Origin: Octopus vulgaris
Lineage: Eukaryota
DNA length: 64,000 nucleotides
Assembly: GCA_951406725.2 (NCBI GenBank)
Contig: OX597819.1
Span: forward strand, 127,410,001 to 127,474,000
Reading direction: 5' to 3'
The notes under the pieces are model-generated. The model made no database searches and was not told the DNA's origin. It saw nothing but the letters and a program-made list of their open reading frames with translations. Below, one piece after another: positions 15,184-29,641 of the stretch (positions within the stretch are counted from its first letter, which is position 1; the number at the start of each line of letters is the position of its first letter). The position numbers and the translations under genes were made by a program.

Positions 15184-15692
15184 CACACGCGCGCACACCC
15201 ATGCAGATATATACATGTGTATGTACGTGTACGTGTTAGTATAAAGATAAATATTGAATTCTTTACTTAAATAGATGATACGGGAGAAAGCACCCCCTTG
15301 CCTCTACCCTTCATTATTACGATAACATTTCTCTATCTTACAGCTCTCCCTTCTCTTCGACAACATCATCTTCGACGTCGTCGTCGACGTCATCGGCAGT
15401 GTCGTTGTCAACATCATCATCATCATCACCATAACTATTAGTACAATCTTTCATCTGTATATTGATTTTAAATTTTGGTACAAGGCCAGCAAAATCGAGG
15501 AGGGGATAAATTGATTACATCGATCCTAGTACTCAGATGGTAGTTATTTTTATTGATCCCGAAAGGATAAAAGGCAAAGTCGACCTCAACAGAATTTGAA
15601 CGTAAAAACGGACGAAATGCCGCGAATCATTTTGTCTGGCATGCTAATGATTCTGCCTGTTCGTCGCCTTCTTTCATCTTTGTAGTATTCTA

Positions 15693-16117
15693 CCTATTTC
15701 TTTACTACCCACAAGGGGCTAAACACAGAGGGGACATACAAGGACAGACAATCGGATTAAGTCGATTACATCGACCCCAGTGCGTAACTGGTACTTAATT
15801 TATCGACGCCGAAAGGATGAAAGGCAAAGTCGACCTCGGCGGAATTTGAACTCAGAACGTAACGGCAGACGAAATACCTATTTCTATTTCTTTATTACCC
15901 ACAAGGGGCTAAACACAGAGGGGACAAACAAGGACAGACATAGGTATTAAGTCGATTACATCGACCCCAGTGCGTAACTGGTACTTAATTTATCGACCCC
16001 GAAAGTGTGAAAGGCAAAGTCGACCTCGGCGGAATTTGAACTCAAAACATAAAGACAGACGAAATACCGCTAAGCATTTCGCCCGGCGTGCTAACGTTTC
16101 TGCCAGCTCACCGCCTT
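15693..16117 (-). mobile_element. SINE family B (tRNA-like head, MetaSINE-like central block), head-to-tail dimer
   Basis: Block gcctttcatcctttcggggtcgataaattaagtaccag is present twice; flanking duplication ttgtagtattctacc. An older copy lies at 15466-15670. Confidence 0.88.
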
Positions 16118-16529
16118 CTTTTATCATTGTAGTATTCTACCGTTGTCAACAATGTTATTGCTATAGAGGCGGAAAGCCTGTAGAATCTTTGGCGCGTCGG
16201 ATAAGAATGCTTAACGGTATTTTTTCTGGCGTCTCACGTTCTGAGTTCAGATGCTGCCAAGTTGTATTTTGCTTTCGACTCTTTCGGGGTCGACAAAATA
16301 AAGTACTACTCAAGCACGAAGTTCGATGTAAACGACTTGTGCCTAAAAGAGAAACTGTTATTACTACACGTATTTGATTTGAGAATTAGTTGTGACATTC
16401 ATCTTTATTTCTTGTGAAATCGCTACTTGTTAAAAAACCCGAAAGAATTTGAACTCAGAATGTAAAGACGGGAGAAATACCGCCAAGCATTTCGTCTAGC
16501 GTGCTAACGATTCAGTTGATAGCCACCCC

Positions 16530-18150
16530 ACACGCGTCAGCAGGTGTTCAACTTAAACTCAGAAGTCAGCAATGCTCGGGCACTGGATGAGTGCATGCAG
16601 GAACGTCTAGTCGTCCTGAACGCATCTCGGATATGCTCGGCTGACGGCACTTCCGTGCCTGTAAAGTTTACCTTGAACAAAGAAAGCTCCCCAGTAACAC
16701 AGCCAGGCTAAAGACTTTTGGAAATTATCCATTTGTCCCGGCCCGAAAGTTCTTCGGAAAAGAGCAACTAGCTCAAGGTCTCCCCAAGAACGTCGTCGCA
16801 CTTTTGTTCCACTAATCCTTTATAAAAGGTTAAAGTGGACGTCCCACCAATTGCAATGTCCGATTGGCTGAGGACTGTAAGCGCTTGAAGACATTCAACT
16901 TTCCGAAAGCTCCCCCTCGGTTTCTGTTTTACTCAGGAATGCAGCTCCGTTAAAGAAAGTAGCCACGGAAATGCGTTTCTGGCGAACGGTGACCACACCT
17001 GTTCACAGTGAAGGAAGCACTAGAGATGTCGTAACCTCAACACATGCCTGCGTATCACCAGCCACAGCATGCACAGATCATCACGCAGCGGGTGTTGACA
17101 ACAGATAGAACGCCTGACCATCGGACACACTTCCATAAGAAGCGGAAGAGTATACACTGCAGCGTAAGCAGACGGTGGCCAGGACAAGGCGCAAGGGTCA
17201 AACGATAGTAGATGACATACGTGATGTACGTGTTAGCCACCTCTGCCTGACCTTTCAGGGGTAGCTTTCTCTCGGCCCATTTCTGGGTGAGAGTATTCAC
17301 CCCGCTCCTTACATCGTCCCAGTTTTTGTCCGAACCGAACCAGACCCCGAGCAATTTAACCGGTCCATCCGTCCAGCATCTAACGATGCAGTTGTATGGA
17401 TTGGACTTGCTTCTCCAGGTGCCGAGCCGCAAGCCCACTCATTTTCTGGTTAATTGTCGCTCCTGAAACCGTCTTGTAGTCCCTGAGAGTGGTGCCGATC
17501 ATTTCTATGTGTTTATAATCCGACACCCCTACGGTGACGTCGTCGGCATATGCTGAAACGCATCTCCCATGTCCTAGGTCACGCAGGATGCCTCTCAACG
17601 CTTCCAGTTTGTGTAGTAGTTGCTCGAGTAGTATGTACAAGAAAGACGAGAAGGGACAACTTTGTCGAACCGAGTGCATTATGTTGAACGGCTCTGAGAG
17701 GTGACCGTTCAATCTGACCACTGAACAGATGTTGCAGTGCATTACAGCGATCCAGCCTCTGAATACAAGCCCGAAACCAGCTACTTTGAGGACTGCCGCC
17801 AGGTACAGGTGTTCGATGCTATCAAAAGCTTTAGACTGACCTAAATTGATTAGGGCCCCACCCGTGCCATGTTTTTTAGCCATTTTTTCAATGATGTATT
17901 GCATAAGGTGGAAGTTGTCGTGGATGGTTCTTTTCGGGATGGCACATATCTGTTCCTTCCCTACCAGATCCCCGACGACAATCGCCAGCCTCGTAGCCAA
18001 AAGCTTGGCCAAAGTTTTGAACTCTGCATTCAGCAGAGTTATGGACCAAAAGTTGTCAAAACAACCCCCCTTGTTCGGGTCTTTTCTCAGCAACGCTACC
18101 GCTTCTCGTCTCACAAAACTAGGAATTCTCCCATTCTGTTGTTAGTTGCA
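16530..18150 (-). mobile_element. L1/Tx1-like LINE RT fragment, degenerate
   Basis: ORFs 17380-18114 and 17055-17438 contain ITLLNAEFKTLAK, SKAFDSIEH, VRQSCP and SAYADDVTV; frameshifted. Confidence 0.9.
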
Positions 18151-19069
18151 TTAAACGTTTGCTAAGAGGCTTAAAATTTGGCAGGAAGGAACTAGTCGAT
18201 TACATCGACCCCAGTCTTTCACTGGTACTTAATTTACCGACACCGAAAGGATGAAAGGCAAAGTCGATCTCGGTGGAATTTGAACTGAGACCGCAGCGAC
18301 GGGTGAAATGCTCTTAAGCATTTCGTCCAGCGTGCTAATGATTCTGCCAGCTCGCTGCCTTAGCAAAAACAACAACAACAACAACAATAATAATAATAAT
18401 AATAAGAAGAAGAAGAACAAACACACGCATACACACATATACATACATGCATACATACATAATACACATACGTACACACGTGCGCACGCCTATGTATGTA
18501 TGTGTATGTATATGAACCATACTGCCCGTCAGTTTTGTTTGGTTTTCGGCCGCTCACATGTATGTATGTGTGTGTGTGCGCGCACGTATACATATACATG
18601 AGTGCTAGTCATATATGATATATGTACATAATACACTCTCATGCATATATACACATACATACATACATATACATATAATGCTATTTAATAGAAATGAAAA
18701 TATTTCTGCCCCAGTGACAATATGACGCCAACCAAAATGCTATTCTCTGTTTAATGTCTGGAAAATATTGCTATTAAACGTGAATTTTTAATCCAGCTAT
18801 GATTACATTTCGAGGTCAGTCTATGTAAATAACATATTTAGATTTTTACTGAAATTTCTAATTAATTAATTAATTATTATCAAAAGCTATCGTATAGAAG
18901 TATAGAAAAAAGTCAGGTTGATACTAAACTGAAGCCATGATTACTACAAAATGACAATAAAACTTGAAATTTAGGCTTTGTTAGGTTTGTTGGTCATAGT
19001 GTATGATATATATACACTACACACACACATATACATACACACTGATATATATATATATATATATATACA

Positions 19070-19240
19070 CACGCATTTTTTCTCTCCTTGTCTTTTTTCT
19101 GTGTATCTTTCTGTCGAAGAGCGCAGGCTCGAAACGTAAAAGACTTTTTCTATTTCTATTCCTGAGCGCTATACTAATACACTTGTTTGTTTGTACTCCA
19201 CCTGCCTTCGTCTTTTGTTTATTTTCGTAAACTTTCCCGT
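19070..19240 (+). mobile_element. Solo Penelope 3' terminal segment with hammerhead motif at 19106-19143
   Basis: tcttt CTGTCGA a gagc-gcag-gctc GAAA cg TA aaaga; homologous to 13060-13210. A hammerhead-deleted copy lies at 4588-4745 (-). Confidence 0.75.
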
Positions 19241-20826
19241 CATATATATATATATATATATATATAATGGAACAAAAATGCAATAGAGGACAATGAAACA
19301 TCCAGACAGACGATACAAAGGCGGACAGGCAAAACAACAATTAGATGAACAGGAAAAAAAGGCGGGGTCATTCGTGGCCTTCTTTCGTCAGTCAAGTTAC
19401 CAGATGTCTTTACAGTTTTGCCCCCACACCCAAAAAGTCTAAGCTAAGAGCATTAGATTTTTTGTAAGAAAGCTAGCGAATGTATACGACAACAAAGACA
19501 AAAAAAACCAGAAAACATGGTTCACAATTACAAATATAAACAACAAGAAATAACAACAGGTGTCTTTCGACTGAGGATGAATCAAATTGAGCTGGTGTGT
19601 ATAAAGTGAAAGCCTTAACACAGGAATATAAGAGATCGATATGAGAGGTGATGGCGGTCGGCAATCAAGCCAAAAAAGAATGATGATGGCTGCGGTTACG
19701 TGGAAGGAGGAGGAAGGCTTGGGAGCAATGGGATTGGGGACAACAGTTCATTCGCGGAGAAAAATAAACTCCAAGAATCTACAAGCAACAATGAAGCGCA
19801 TCAATTAACAACAACAACAACAATGTCGGCGACGACAAAGATGATGATGAGGATGATAACAACAACAACAATAATAACACACCCTGTAATGTATTTTTAT
19901 TTCGCTGAAGAACCTTAAACTTTAGTTGAACTGATTATATATCCGAGAGGGACACAAGTAGCCAAACCAGATGTGAACTCACCATGTGAAAATTTGAGCC
20001 CTTTATATATCATCATAAGTCCTGTTGTACATTCGCGGTAAAAACCCTTAGTTACAAGCTACTTTCAATTTGTATGTAGGTACTACAGATCAGAATTGAT
20101 CGAAACTGCTGAGTTTAAAACCAAGTTTCCTTACTTTCGAGTTTTGGATTTAAACTTCCCATTAAGTGTTTACTTGGAGAGAGAAGGATTTTAGATGAGG
20201 TTCTATTTTTAGATACTATATCAGAAGAGGGGAATTATTAGTTGAAACGACAGATTTTGGGACTAGATATAAATTACCTACATGGGTCTTTTGTCTGTAA
20301 CCAAACCGCATTCTTTGCATGCATTAGAACTACGAGCATGGGTTTCATGGTTTTTTCCAAGCAATCTAGAAGTTAGAATGGCATTGGATGTCTCTTTACC
20401 TCCCACAAGCCACAAAAAATAAACACAATCGCTGATATAAACTCACTAAAATTAAAAGATAAAACCTGAAGAAAAGTGAGAATGAAAGAATGAATGAGAC
20501 GGAAAAAGAAGAAAGGAAAATACATTAAAATTATCGGAACGATTACCATACTGGAAAAGGAAAAGATGAACGAAAATATGAAATATGGAGCGAGAGAACG
20601 AAAGAAATAGATTAAAATAAGAGATAAAGACATAATAAATAAAGGGTAAATCAGACAAATAAACAGATATAAAGTAAATGTAATACGAATCTATGTAAAG
20701 ATGTAACTTTATTAATGAAAGAAGAAAAATAATTTTGGAAAGGACGGAATATTGATTAAATCTTTTATCGAGTAATGGTTGAGTGTGCGGATGAAATGAA
20801 ATATCATATGCGGATAATGAGAAATA

Positions 20827-20880
<54 letters not shown>

Positions 20881-22986
20881 TGCGGGTAGGTGGAAAATGA
20901 GAGGAGAGTTTGAAGAATTATTGAAAATAATTAAGCAAAAGTTTTGTCCGAATATTCGATCAATTGCTATGATCTGTGTTTGTTGGTGCAGAACTAAGCT
21001 TTTATTCAAAGTATCGTTACGCTTGATCGAACTATCACATTTTTCTGTGAAAATAATGATCAGTTCTTTGAATTTGTGAAACAAAGTCTCAGTTTGCAAT
21101 GTGGATTACACTTTTCTATTGCACCATTCCCCAACGCCAATATCTCACTTTTTCTGTTGCTTTTTAAACGTTTCGTTTCCGGGATTATTTTGATTGAAGT
21201 TTTTTCGGTTTTTTTTTTTTTCGTCTTTACTTTTAACCCAGTTAGTGTTAGCATACTCAATCTGACGGTGTTTTTCGGTCCCAGATTATTCTTGATCTCC
21301 AAGACGCCTCCGATCCAGGACCGTTTTATCATCTGAAATCAGACATCGATGTGTGACTAAGCAGCTTGCTTTAAATTTACGTTGTTATGGGTTCGATCCC
21401 GTTGTGCAGGGCCTCGGATAAATGTTTTCTACTTAAGCTCGGTTAAAACAAAGCCTTGGGATTAAAATTTTATAGTCAGAAACACAGTACAACACATATG
21501 CTGCCTCTATCCCATATACACACATATTGGCCGGAAATGACATAATCGGTGCGTGCGTGAAAGTACATAGAGCCATCTCGATTCAGGGCCGCTAGATCTA
21601 TTCATGCTCAGTAGAATTTTGTATCACCTTTTCATTCCTTCACACTTGAAAGGTGTGCACTAGTATGGCCGCAGTCCAATGATTGATGACAGTAAAAAAT
21701 TTCAAGAACAAAGGAATAGTATTCTAGGACTAAATTTTCTAATGCATCCTTTTTTAAAAATTAGAATAGCGTATGACGTGAGTGTGATTTAGCTGTTATA
21801 TCTAGCTAGTCGATAACTACATAGAAGGCTCTCTAGTTGTTATACAGTAGGCTGGAATAGGTGTGACATCTGCCTTCACATAGGGAATTCACAATTTAAC
21901 GAAGTGTATCCAGTCCAAGAATCAATACTACTAGCACAATGGAAATAGCTTATCTCAGTAGCTTACTCTTCATAGCTTTCGAAACGCATCATAAGCAGTT
22001 ACAATATATAAGTAGAGTTAGTGTAAATATATATATCGAATGTATATCACTTCAAGGAACAGATGTACATTTAATGAAAACGTGTTTTCATTAAATGCAT
22101 ATCACTTGTGCATATAAATAAAATTAATTTTTTAAAGTCCTTACTCATGTTCAAATTAATTTTTTCCTCAGTGGCTTTTTCGAGCTTCATTTTTCTCTTC
22201 CTTTTATCATTGTCATCCTACCTTCTTCATTTTTTTGTATTTTTGTTCATAATGTTATTCATTAGTATCAAATCAGATTTCATAAACTAATGAAAGTTAT
22301 TTTTTATATTTATTATCATTTTAAAATTCATTAGTCACTGTCACCCAATTAAAATATGATCCTTTTCAACAAATGCATGATAGCAGCAAGAGCAAGAACA
22401 CGCACGAATGGATGCATGTACGTATGTAGGTTTGTATGTATAATATACAAACATATATATATACATAAAATTACTCTCTATCCCTCTTTTCCTCTCTCTA
22501 TTTCTCACTCTCTTTCTCTCTCTCTCTCCCTCTCTCTCTCTGTATACATAGGCAAAAATACTCATATATATATACATATATATACATATATATACTCATA
22601 TATATCCATACCTTTATATACACAAGTAGTCGACATGTGCCTTTGTGCACACTTATATAGGTGACTGTGTGAGTATGAGCGCTTGTAGGTGTGTGTGAGA
22701 AGGAGAAAGAAAGAGAGAGAGAGAGAGAGAGGAGATAAACAGACATTCAGACATACAAAGAAAGAAAGAGAGAGAGTTAGACATAATCGACAGGGAGGTA
22801 CACAAACGGAAATCGTATAACTCAGACTCTCACTATTTTTGGAATAATGATTCTACTACAAATACTATAAAGAATAGTATGCAAATATACCTATTGATGC
22901 AAACGCCCATAAATACATATATATGCTCGCACATATATTTACATATATATTTATGTATACATTATATATATGCAAAGAAAGAGAGA

Positions 22987-23019
<33 letters not shown>

Positions 23020-23129
23020 TATAAAAGGGATAAGTTATCCTGGTGGACACTGCATTATTTCTCAAATTGGTTTAGATGCCGGCTATCCACATAAAAATAG
23101 CAATCACCTAAAAGCATAACCTGGTTCAT

Positions 23130-24430
23130 ATTAAGAAAATATATCAACCTGCATTACTAACCTCTCAGCGAACGAAGAAGTATTTAGACTGAACGAGGAC
23201 TTTTATAATTTAGCATTAGAGAAGGCAGGGTATAGAGAGAAAAATTAAAATTCTGTAACGGTAGTAATGTTATCAATAATAAACGTAGTAAAATGGATCG
23301 TCCTAGAAAAAGAAAAATAGAATAATATATAATATGAAGAGCACCACTAACCACCAGGTACGGACAGTGGGAAGAATTAAAGATAGAAAGTCCGTACGGT
23401 TAGAATACAACAATAGGGTACCAAGAATCATACAGCAGAGCAGACATTTACATGAATTTGTGCCAAATAAAGTGCTAGGTGACTTATATAAGGATGGATC
23501 TATCAAAAGGTCCAATTCTGATAGGAGAGGCAACCAATACTTACGCTCTGCCAATAGTGTTACGCAAATAATTGACAAATATAATAGCAAACAAACCCAA
23601 TGCCGAGATAAAAACCTGGTAAATAGGTGACACACTTTTACGAAAAGCTTAGGTAGAAATAGAAATACATACCACAATAACATAGATACCGCTAGCAATC
23701 TCGCGTAGTATATAATTCCCTACGGAAAACAAATAATTTCCAATATAACTAAATTGCTCTATTCGGCATTCGCTAAACATAAGCAACCCAACTAGGTATT
23801 AGGATAGGAATTATGGTTTGACAACTAATAAAATGTAAGCTACCCGAACAGACTCCCGCATTACCCTGGAAGTGGAAGTTGTGAATCCTAGAAAGTACTC
23901 AGAATGCTACCTGCTCAGAAAGAGCTTAGAAGATAGACAGGGTAATTTAGAAATCAGCCCTAGTGAAACTGAAGCAGGTAATATTAATGTAAGTAGTAGA
24001 ACTATCAAATGCGATTGTGCAAGGAACAGGGTTTGCCCGCTTAGCTCTCATTGTAGGTATAGAAATATTGTATACAGATGTAAGGTTACCTCAGAGAATA
24101 AGGAGTGCTTCCATATCGGAGACCACCCACGTTATATCAAGCAAAGAATTGCCACTCATTTAAATTCGTTTGGCTACGGGGAGAAAATAAAAACTACTGG
24201 ACTTAGTAAATTGATTTGGGCACTAAAAGGTAGTAAACAAAGTATATTTGATTGGCTAGGAAATAATTAGTAAGGCAAAGCCTTATAGAACAGGTGATAA
24301 TAGATGCGACTTTGTGTGGAAGAAATGTACCAAATTTTCACTTCTAAATTTCTACCTTTAAATACAAGAAGGAACAGGCTCTAAGATATAAACATTTGAG
24401 AAAATATACGTTTAAACAATTTAAATAAAC
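23130..24430 (+). mobile_element. Penelope-like element, second lineage (Naiad-like): RT thumb remnant and GIY-YIG domain
   Basis: NLSANEEVFRLNEDFYNLALEKAGYRE at ~23160, and CDCARNRVCPLSSHCRYRNIVYRCKV...FHIG...IKQRIATHLNSF...TGLSKLIWALK in ORF 23872-24270. Confidence 0.8.
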
Positions 24431-24485
24431 ACAACTCACCATCTATAGTAATTATGCTAGTTACAATAATTATTATTATAAATTA

Positions 24486-24541
<56 letters not shown>

Positions 24542-24545
24542 ATAC

Positions 24546-24596
<51 letters not shown>

Positions 24597-24906
24597 TTAC
24601 AAATCCAAAATAAGTAAAATACTTCAGAATAAACAACGTACTCCATACAGCAATGTGTAAACAGAACTGATAGAATTAATTGAAACCTGAATAAACATTT
24701 TTAAAACCATCAGTAGAGGTGATTATAAGACCCGCATTCCATCGAATATTAATATTAACGCTATTACATTCAACTGAACACCAACGCAGGTTGCTTGTTT
24801 GAATCAGTTCATTTGTAAACGTTGGGAGTGATGGACATACAAACACATATATATACATGTGTGTGTATTTATACTTACATACATACATATATACACACAC
24901 ACACAC

Positions 24907-24940
<34 letters not shown>

Positions 24941-25145
24941 TATTGTCTGGGGAGAGTCATTCTGTTTTCATACCTTATTAATTAACACACACATCGGTTC
25001 CATTTCCACTCATTTACTTTCTCTACAATTTCCGTTGCTTCTTGCAACCTCTTCGATAGTCGTTGACTGTCCGTTGTCGGAGCCGCGTTCTTTTTGCTTG
25101 TTTGTGCGCATGTGCGTGCGTCAGTGTGCATATGTATACACATAT

Positions 25146-25335
25146 GCATGTATGTATGTATGTATGCATCATGTATGTGTGTATGTATGTATGTATGTAT
25201 GTATGTATGTATGTATGTATGTATGCATTATGTATGTGTGTATGTATGTATGTATGTATGTATGTGTGTATGTATGTATGTATGTATGTATGTATGTGTG
25301 TATGTATGTATGTATGTATGCGTGTGTGTATGCGT
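25146..25335. repeat. (TATG)n microsatellite
   Basis: Directly visible. Confidence 0.95.
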
Positions 25336-25721
25336 GAATATATATATATATTTTTTCTTTTTTGTACTTGTTTCAGTCATTTGACTGCGGCCATGCTGGA
25401 GCACCGCCTTTTAGAGTGGTGAAAGAGTACAGCAGGGATCACCACCTCCTGCCGGAGCCTCGTGGAGCTTTTAGGTGTTTTTCGCTCAATAAACACACAC
25501 AACGCCCGGTCTGGGAATCGAAACCGCGATCCTCCGACCGCAAGTCCGCTGCCCTAACCACTAGGCCATATATATATATATTATATTAAATTAGAGATAA
25601 AAACCACTATTAGGCAAATCATACAATGAAAAACTTAAAGCCAATACATAAGATTAATTAATTTATATTATTTTAAATATATATCAAAATTATTAAAAAA
25701 AGACATGAATATGCAGAATAC

Positions 25722-26371
25722 AAACATACATGCATACATGCATACATACATACATGTATACATACATACATACACACATACATACATACATGCATACATA
25801 CATACATACATACATACATACATACATACATACATACATGCATACACACATACATACATACATACATACATACATACATACATACATACATACATACATA
25901 CATACATGCATACACACACACATACATACATACATACATACATACATACATACATACATACATACATACACACATACATACATACATACATACATACATA
26001 CATACATACATACATACATGCATACACACACACATACATACATACATACATACATACATACATGCATACATACATACATACATACACACATACATACATA
26101 CACACATACATACATACATACATACATACACACATACATACATACATACATACATACATACATACATACATACATACATACATACATACATACATACATA
26201 CATACATGCATACACACATACATACATACATACATACATACATACATACATACATACATACATACATACATACATACATAAATGCATACACACATACATA
26301 CATACATACACACATACATACATACATACATACATACATACATGCATGCATACATACATACATACATACAT

Positions 26372-26406
<35 letters not shown>

Positions 26407-26442
26407 TACATACATACATACACACATGCATACACACATACA
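25722..26442. repeat. ~720-bp (CATA)n microsatellite
   Basis: Directly visible; it generates the 250-270 aa spurious ORFs. Confidence 0.98.
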
Positions 26443-26625
26443 TTGGAAAGGTTGCAAGAAACAACGAAATGATTTTTATTTCTCTCAAGAGTTGATGGTA
26501 TAGCTGGTCATCCAGGTACTTATTGTATTGGTCTCTTATGCCGAATCGCTATGTCTCGGAGATGTAAACGAACACACGCCGGTTGTTGAATAGTGGTGGG
26601 AGATAACCACAAGTACAAAGAAACA

Positions 26626-26673
<48 letters not shown>

Positions 26674-26714
26674 AACTCACACACACATACACACACATTC
26701 GCACGTATGTATAT

Positions 26715-26958
26715 AATGTGACGAAGGGTGTAGGGAAACCAGCATTGCTAGAAATATGAGTGAAAGAACTTTAGCCACAAAAACACGTTTTCTATTTACT
26801 GAGCATTAAATTTCATGCGAGATTGGCATGTCAATCTAATGTGGGAAGGTTGTCTCCTCTCCCCTATCAGTAAATAGAAAATGTGCTTTCGTGGCTAGAT
26901 AATTCTTTGACTCTTATTTCTAGCAATGCTAGTACTCCCTGCTCACTTCGTCACATTT
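26715..26958. repeat. Fold-back element (~80-bp arms) nested in the microsatellite of a family D SINE (26505-27299)
   Basis: aatgtgacgaag...tctatttactga is mirrored by tcagtaaataga...cttcgtcacatt. Confidence 0.85.
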
Positions 26959-27022
26959 TAGTGACAGTGAATTATCTCCGTTTTGGTTTTTGAATTGCCA
27001 CCTTTATTATTTTACACACACA

Positions 27023-27060
<38 letters not shown>

Positions 27061-27075
27061 CACACACACACGTAT

Positions 27076-27134
<59 letters not shown>

Positions 27135-28206
27135 AAAAAGACAATGGGCCTCTTTCAGTTTCCGTAAGCCAATTCCACTCAGAAGCCTTTGGTCGGTTCG
27201 AGGTTATAGCGGAAGACACTAACTTAAGGTGCACCGCAGCGGGAGTGAACCCGAAAACATGCGTTTGGGAAGCAAACTTCTTACCACACGTACACGCCTA
27301 GGGTATTTCGCCAAGTTTAAATTTAAATAACGCGGTAAGAATGTCACCATCTTAAGATAATGTCAAAAGCGGTCTGCTCAATCAGAATTGACTTGGGGCC
27401 ATACAACAACAACAACAACAACAACAGCAGCAGCAACAGTAGCAGCAGCAGCACAGGTAGCAGCGTCAGCGTCAGCACCATATATCTCTCCGTTATATTT
27501 CAACAAATCTCTGAGTTCGAATAATTGATTCAAAGCAAGTCTATGATATTAACGTATCGTTATCAGTCAGACATCATACAGTAGAAAACACAAGTGTTCC
27601 CGATTTTTTTTATTTTTAAGTACAATATTACGTTGACCAGCAATATTGCTGACCATTATATTTTCTTTGCGGACCAAGTGACCTTAGTCTTTTTATAGAT
27701 TCGTTATATGATAAACTGAAATTTACTGAGTGACCTGACTGACCAAGGCTAGGACAGTGTTTTAATGCACTCGTTGAGGCTATTCCCACGCCTTTATTTT
27801 CTGTCAAAGATGTTATCAGGATTTCCATTGCTTTCAGAAAGTCAGTCTTTTGTTACAATTCGCCAAATACAAAAATGTTTAAAGTAGTGATTTCAAATCC
27901 ATGAATTTGTTGAATTCATGCTTACGGTGTCAGCTGGATCACATCAAAATTTGCACACACGGCCACGAGGGAGTTTCTCGATGGTCAGTGAACCTACTAG
28001 AAATTGCAGCGAAATATCCATCAAATCATACTCCACTGTCTTTCAAGTATGTAGAATACATTGGCAAATGTATTTTAGATATGGGGTTTGAATAGAAAGA
28101 AATAAAGTAGTGGAGTCACAGCTGAAATGTCTATGAGTATAAGTTTGTTCGCCTCAGGCTAATCTGGGTCTAAATAACAAAACACAATAGTGTAATAATT
28201 TTGGTG

Positions 28207-28279
<73 letters not shown>

Positions 28280-28282
<3 letters not shown>

Positions 28283-28430
28283 CTCTTTACTCTTTTACTT
28301 GTTTCAGGACTTCTTTGTAAGCGTAGTACTTATTCTATCAGCCTCTTTTGCCGGACGTAAACACACCAGCATCGGTTGTCAAGCGATGTTAGGAGGACAA
28401 ACACCGACACATATACACACATATACATAC

Positions 28431-28518
<88 letters not shown>

Positions 28519-28678
28519 ATATATACGACGGGATTCTTTCAGTTTCCATCTACAAAATCCACTTACAAGGTTTTGGTCGGCCCGAGGCGATAGTAGAAAA
28601 CACTGGCGAAAGGTGCCACACAGTGGGACTGAACCCGGAACTATGTGGTTCGCAAGCACGCTACTTACCACACATCCA
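28280..28678 (-). mobile_element. SINE family D (tRNA-like head, internal TA/CA microsatellite)
   Basis: Minus-strand head ...GTGTGGTAAG...GGTTCAGTCCCACTG. Same family at 34347-34497 (+), 44826-45192, 46320-47573, 48660-49010 and 49345-49738. Confidence 0.8.
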
Positions 28679-29226
28679 TTATCCTTATTTTGCATGTGTA
28701 TAATATACAGTTTTATCAAATTGTTTGACTTATTTTTTCAAAGGATATATTAAGACAGAAAAATTAGAAAGAAATGGATGGATGGCTCTCCGTCTGTTTC
28801 AAAGCTGTGTCTTCAGAAGATCGATCAAGTGAATCATCTACTGAAGGTATCTGCGTGTTGGTGGCTGAGTGTTCCACAGCCGCGTACGTTCTTAACATAA
28901 TTTTCAGGTAAAATCATGAATTACAGAAACGATCAATCCAATGAACTTCCATAGTTTTATTTCTACTAAATTTCACTCACAACGTATAGAACTATTCGAG
29001 ACGATGGAAAATGCCCTATACCCAAGATGCCATATAGTCGGGTTGTATTTGGGACCTAGTGGTTGCAAAATTTTAAGGTATATACCTTTAAGGTATATAT
29101 CTTTTTAAGGTATATACCTTAAAGGTATATATATATACCTTAAGGTATATATTCATTTCTCTTGCAACCAGCCACAAATTCATTTCATGTCGCCCTGTTG
29201 GAAATGAAGCTATAAACGTTTAATGA

Positions 29227-29641
29227 AGGCAGCGAGCTGGCAGAAACGTTAGCACGCCGGGTGAAATGCTTTGCAGTATTTCGTCTGTCGTTACGTTCTG
29301 AGTTCAAATTCCGACGCGGTCGACTTTGCCTTTCATCCTTTCGGGGTCGATAAATTAAGTACCAGTTACGCACTGGGGTCGATGTAATCAACTTAATCCG
29401 TTTGTCTGTCCTTGTTTGTCTCCTCTGTGTTTAGCCCCTTGTGGGTAGTAAAGAAATAGGTATTTCGTCTGCCGTTACGTTCTGAATTCAAATTCCGCCG
29501 AGGTCGACTTTGCCTTTCATCCTTTCGGGGTCGATAAATTAAGTACCAGTTACGCACTGGCGTCGATGTAATCGACTTAATGTCCTTGTCTGTCCTTGTT
29601 TGTCCCTTCTACGTTTAGCCCCCTGTGAGCAATAAAGAAAT
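29227..29641 (+). mobile_element. SINE family B dimer
   Basis: Full unit followed by a headless unit restarting at gtatttcgtct; flanking duplication acgtttaatg. Confidence 0.88.

Noticed and set aside
19960-21340. Unique-looking sequence with ORFs 20452-21099 and 21060-21332
   Set aside because: No recognisable domain or convincing splice pair; the longest ORF runs through a TA tract and low-complexity sequence.
25668-26503. 250-270 aa ORFs (MYVC/HTYI repeats) and the many YI/SIYL/HT-rich ORFs elsewhere
   Set aside because: They are translations of stop-free microsatellites, not genes.
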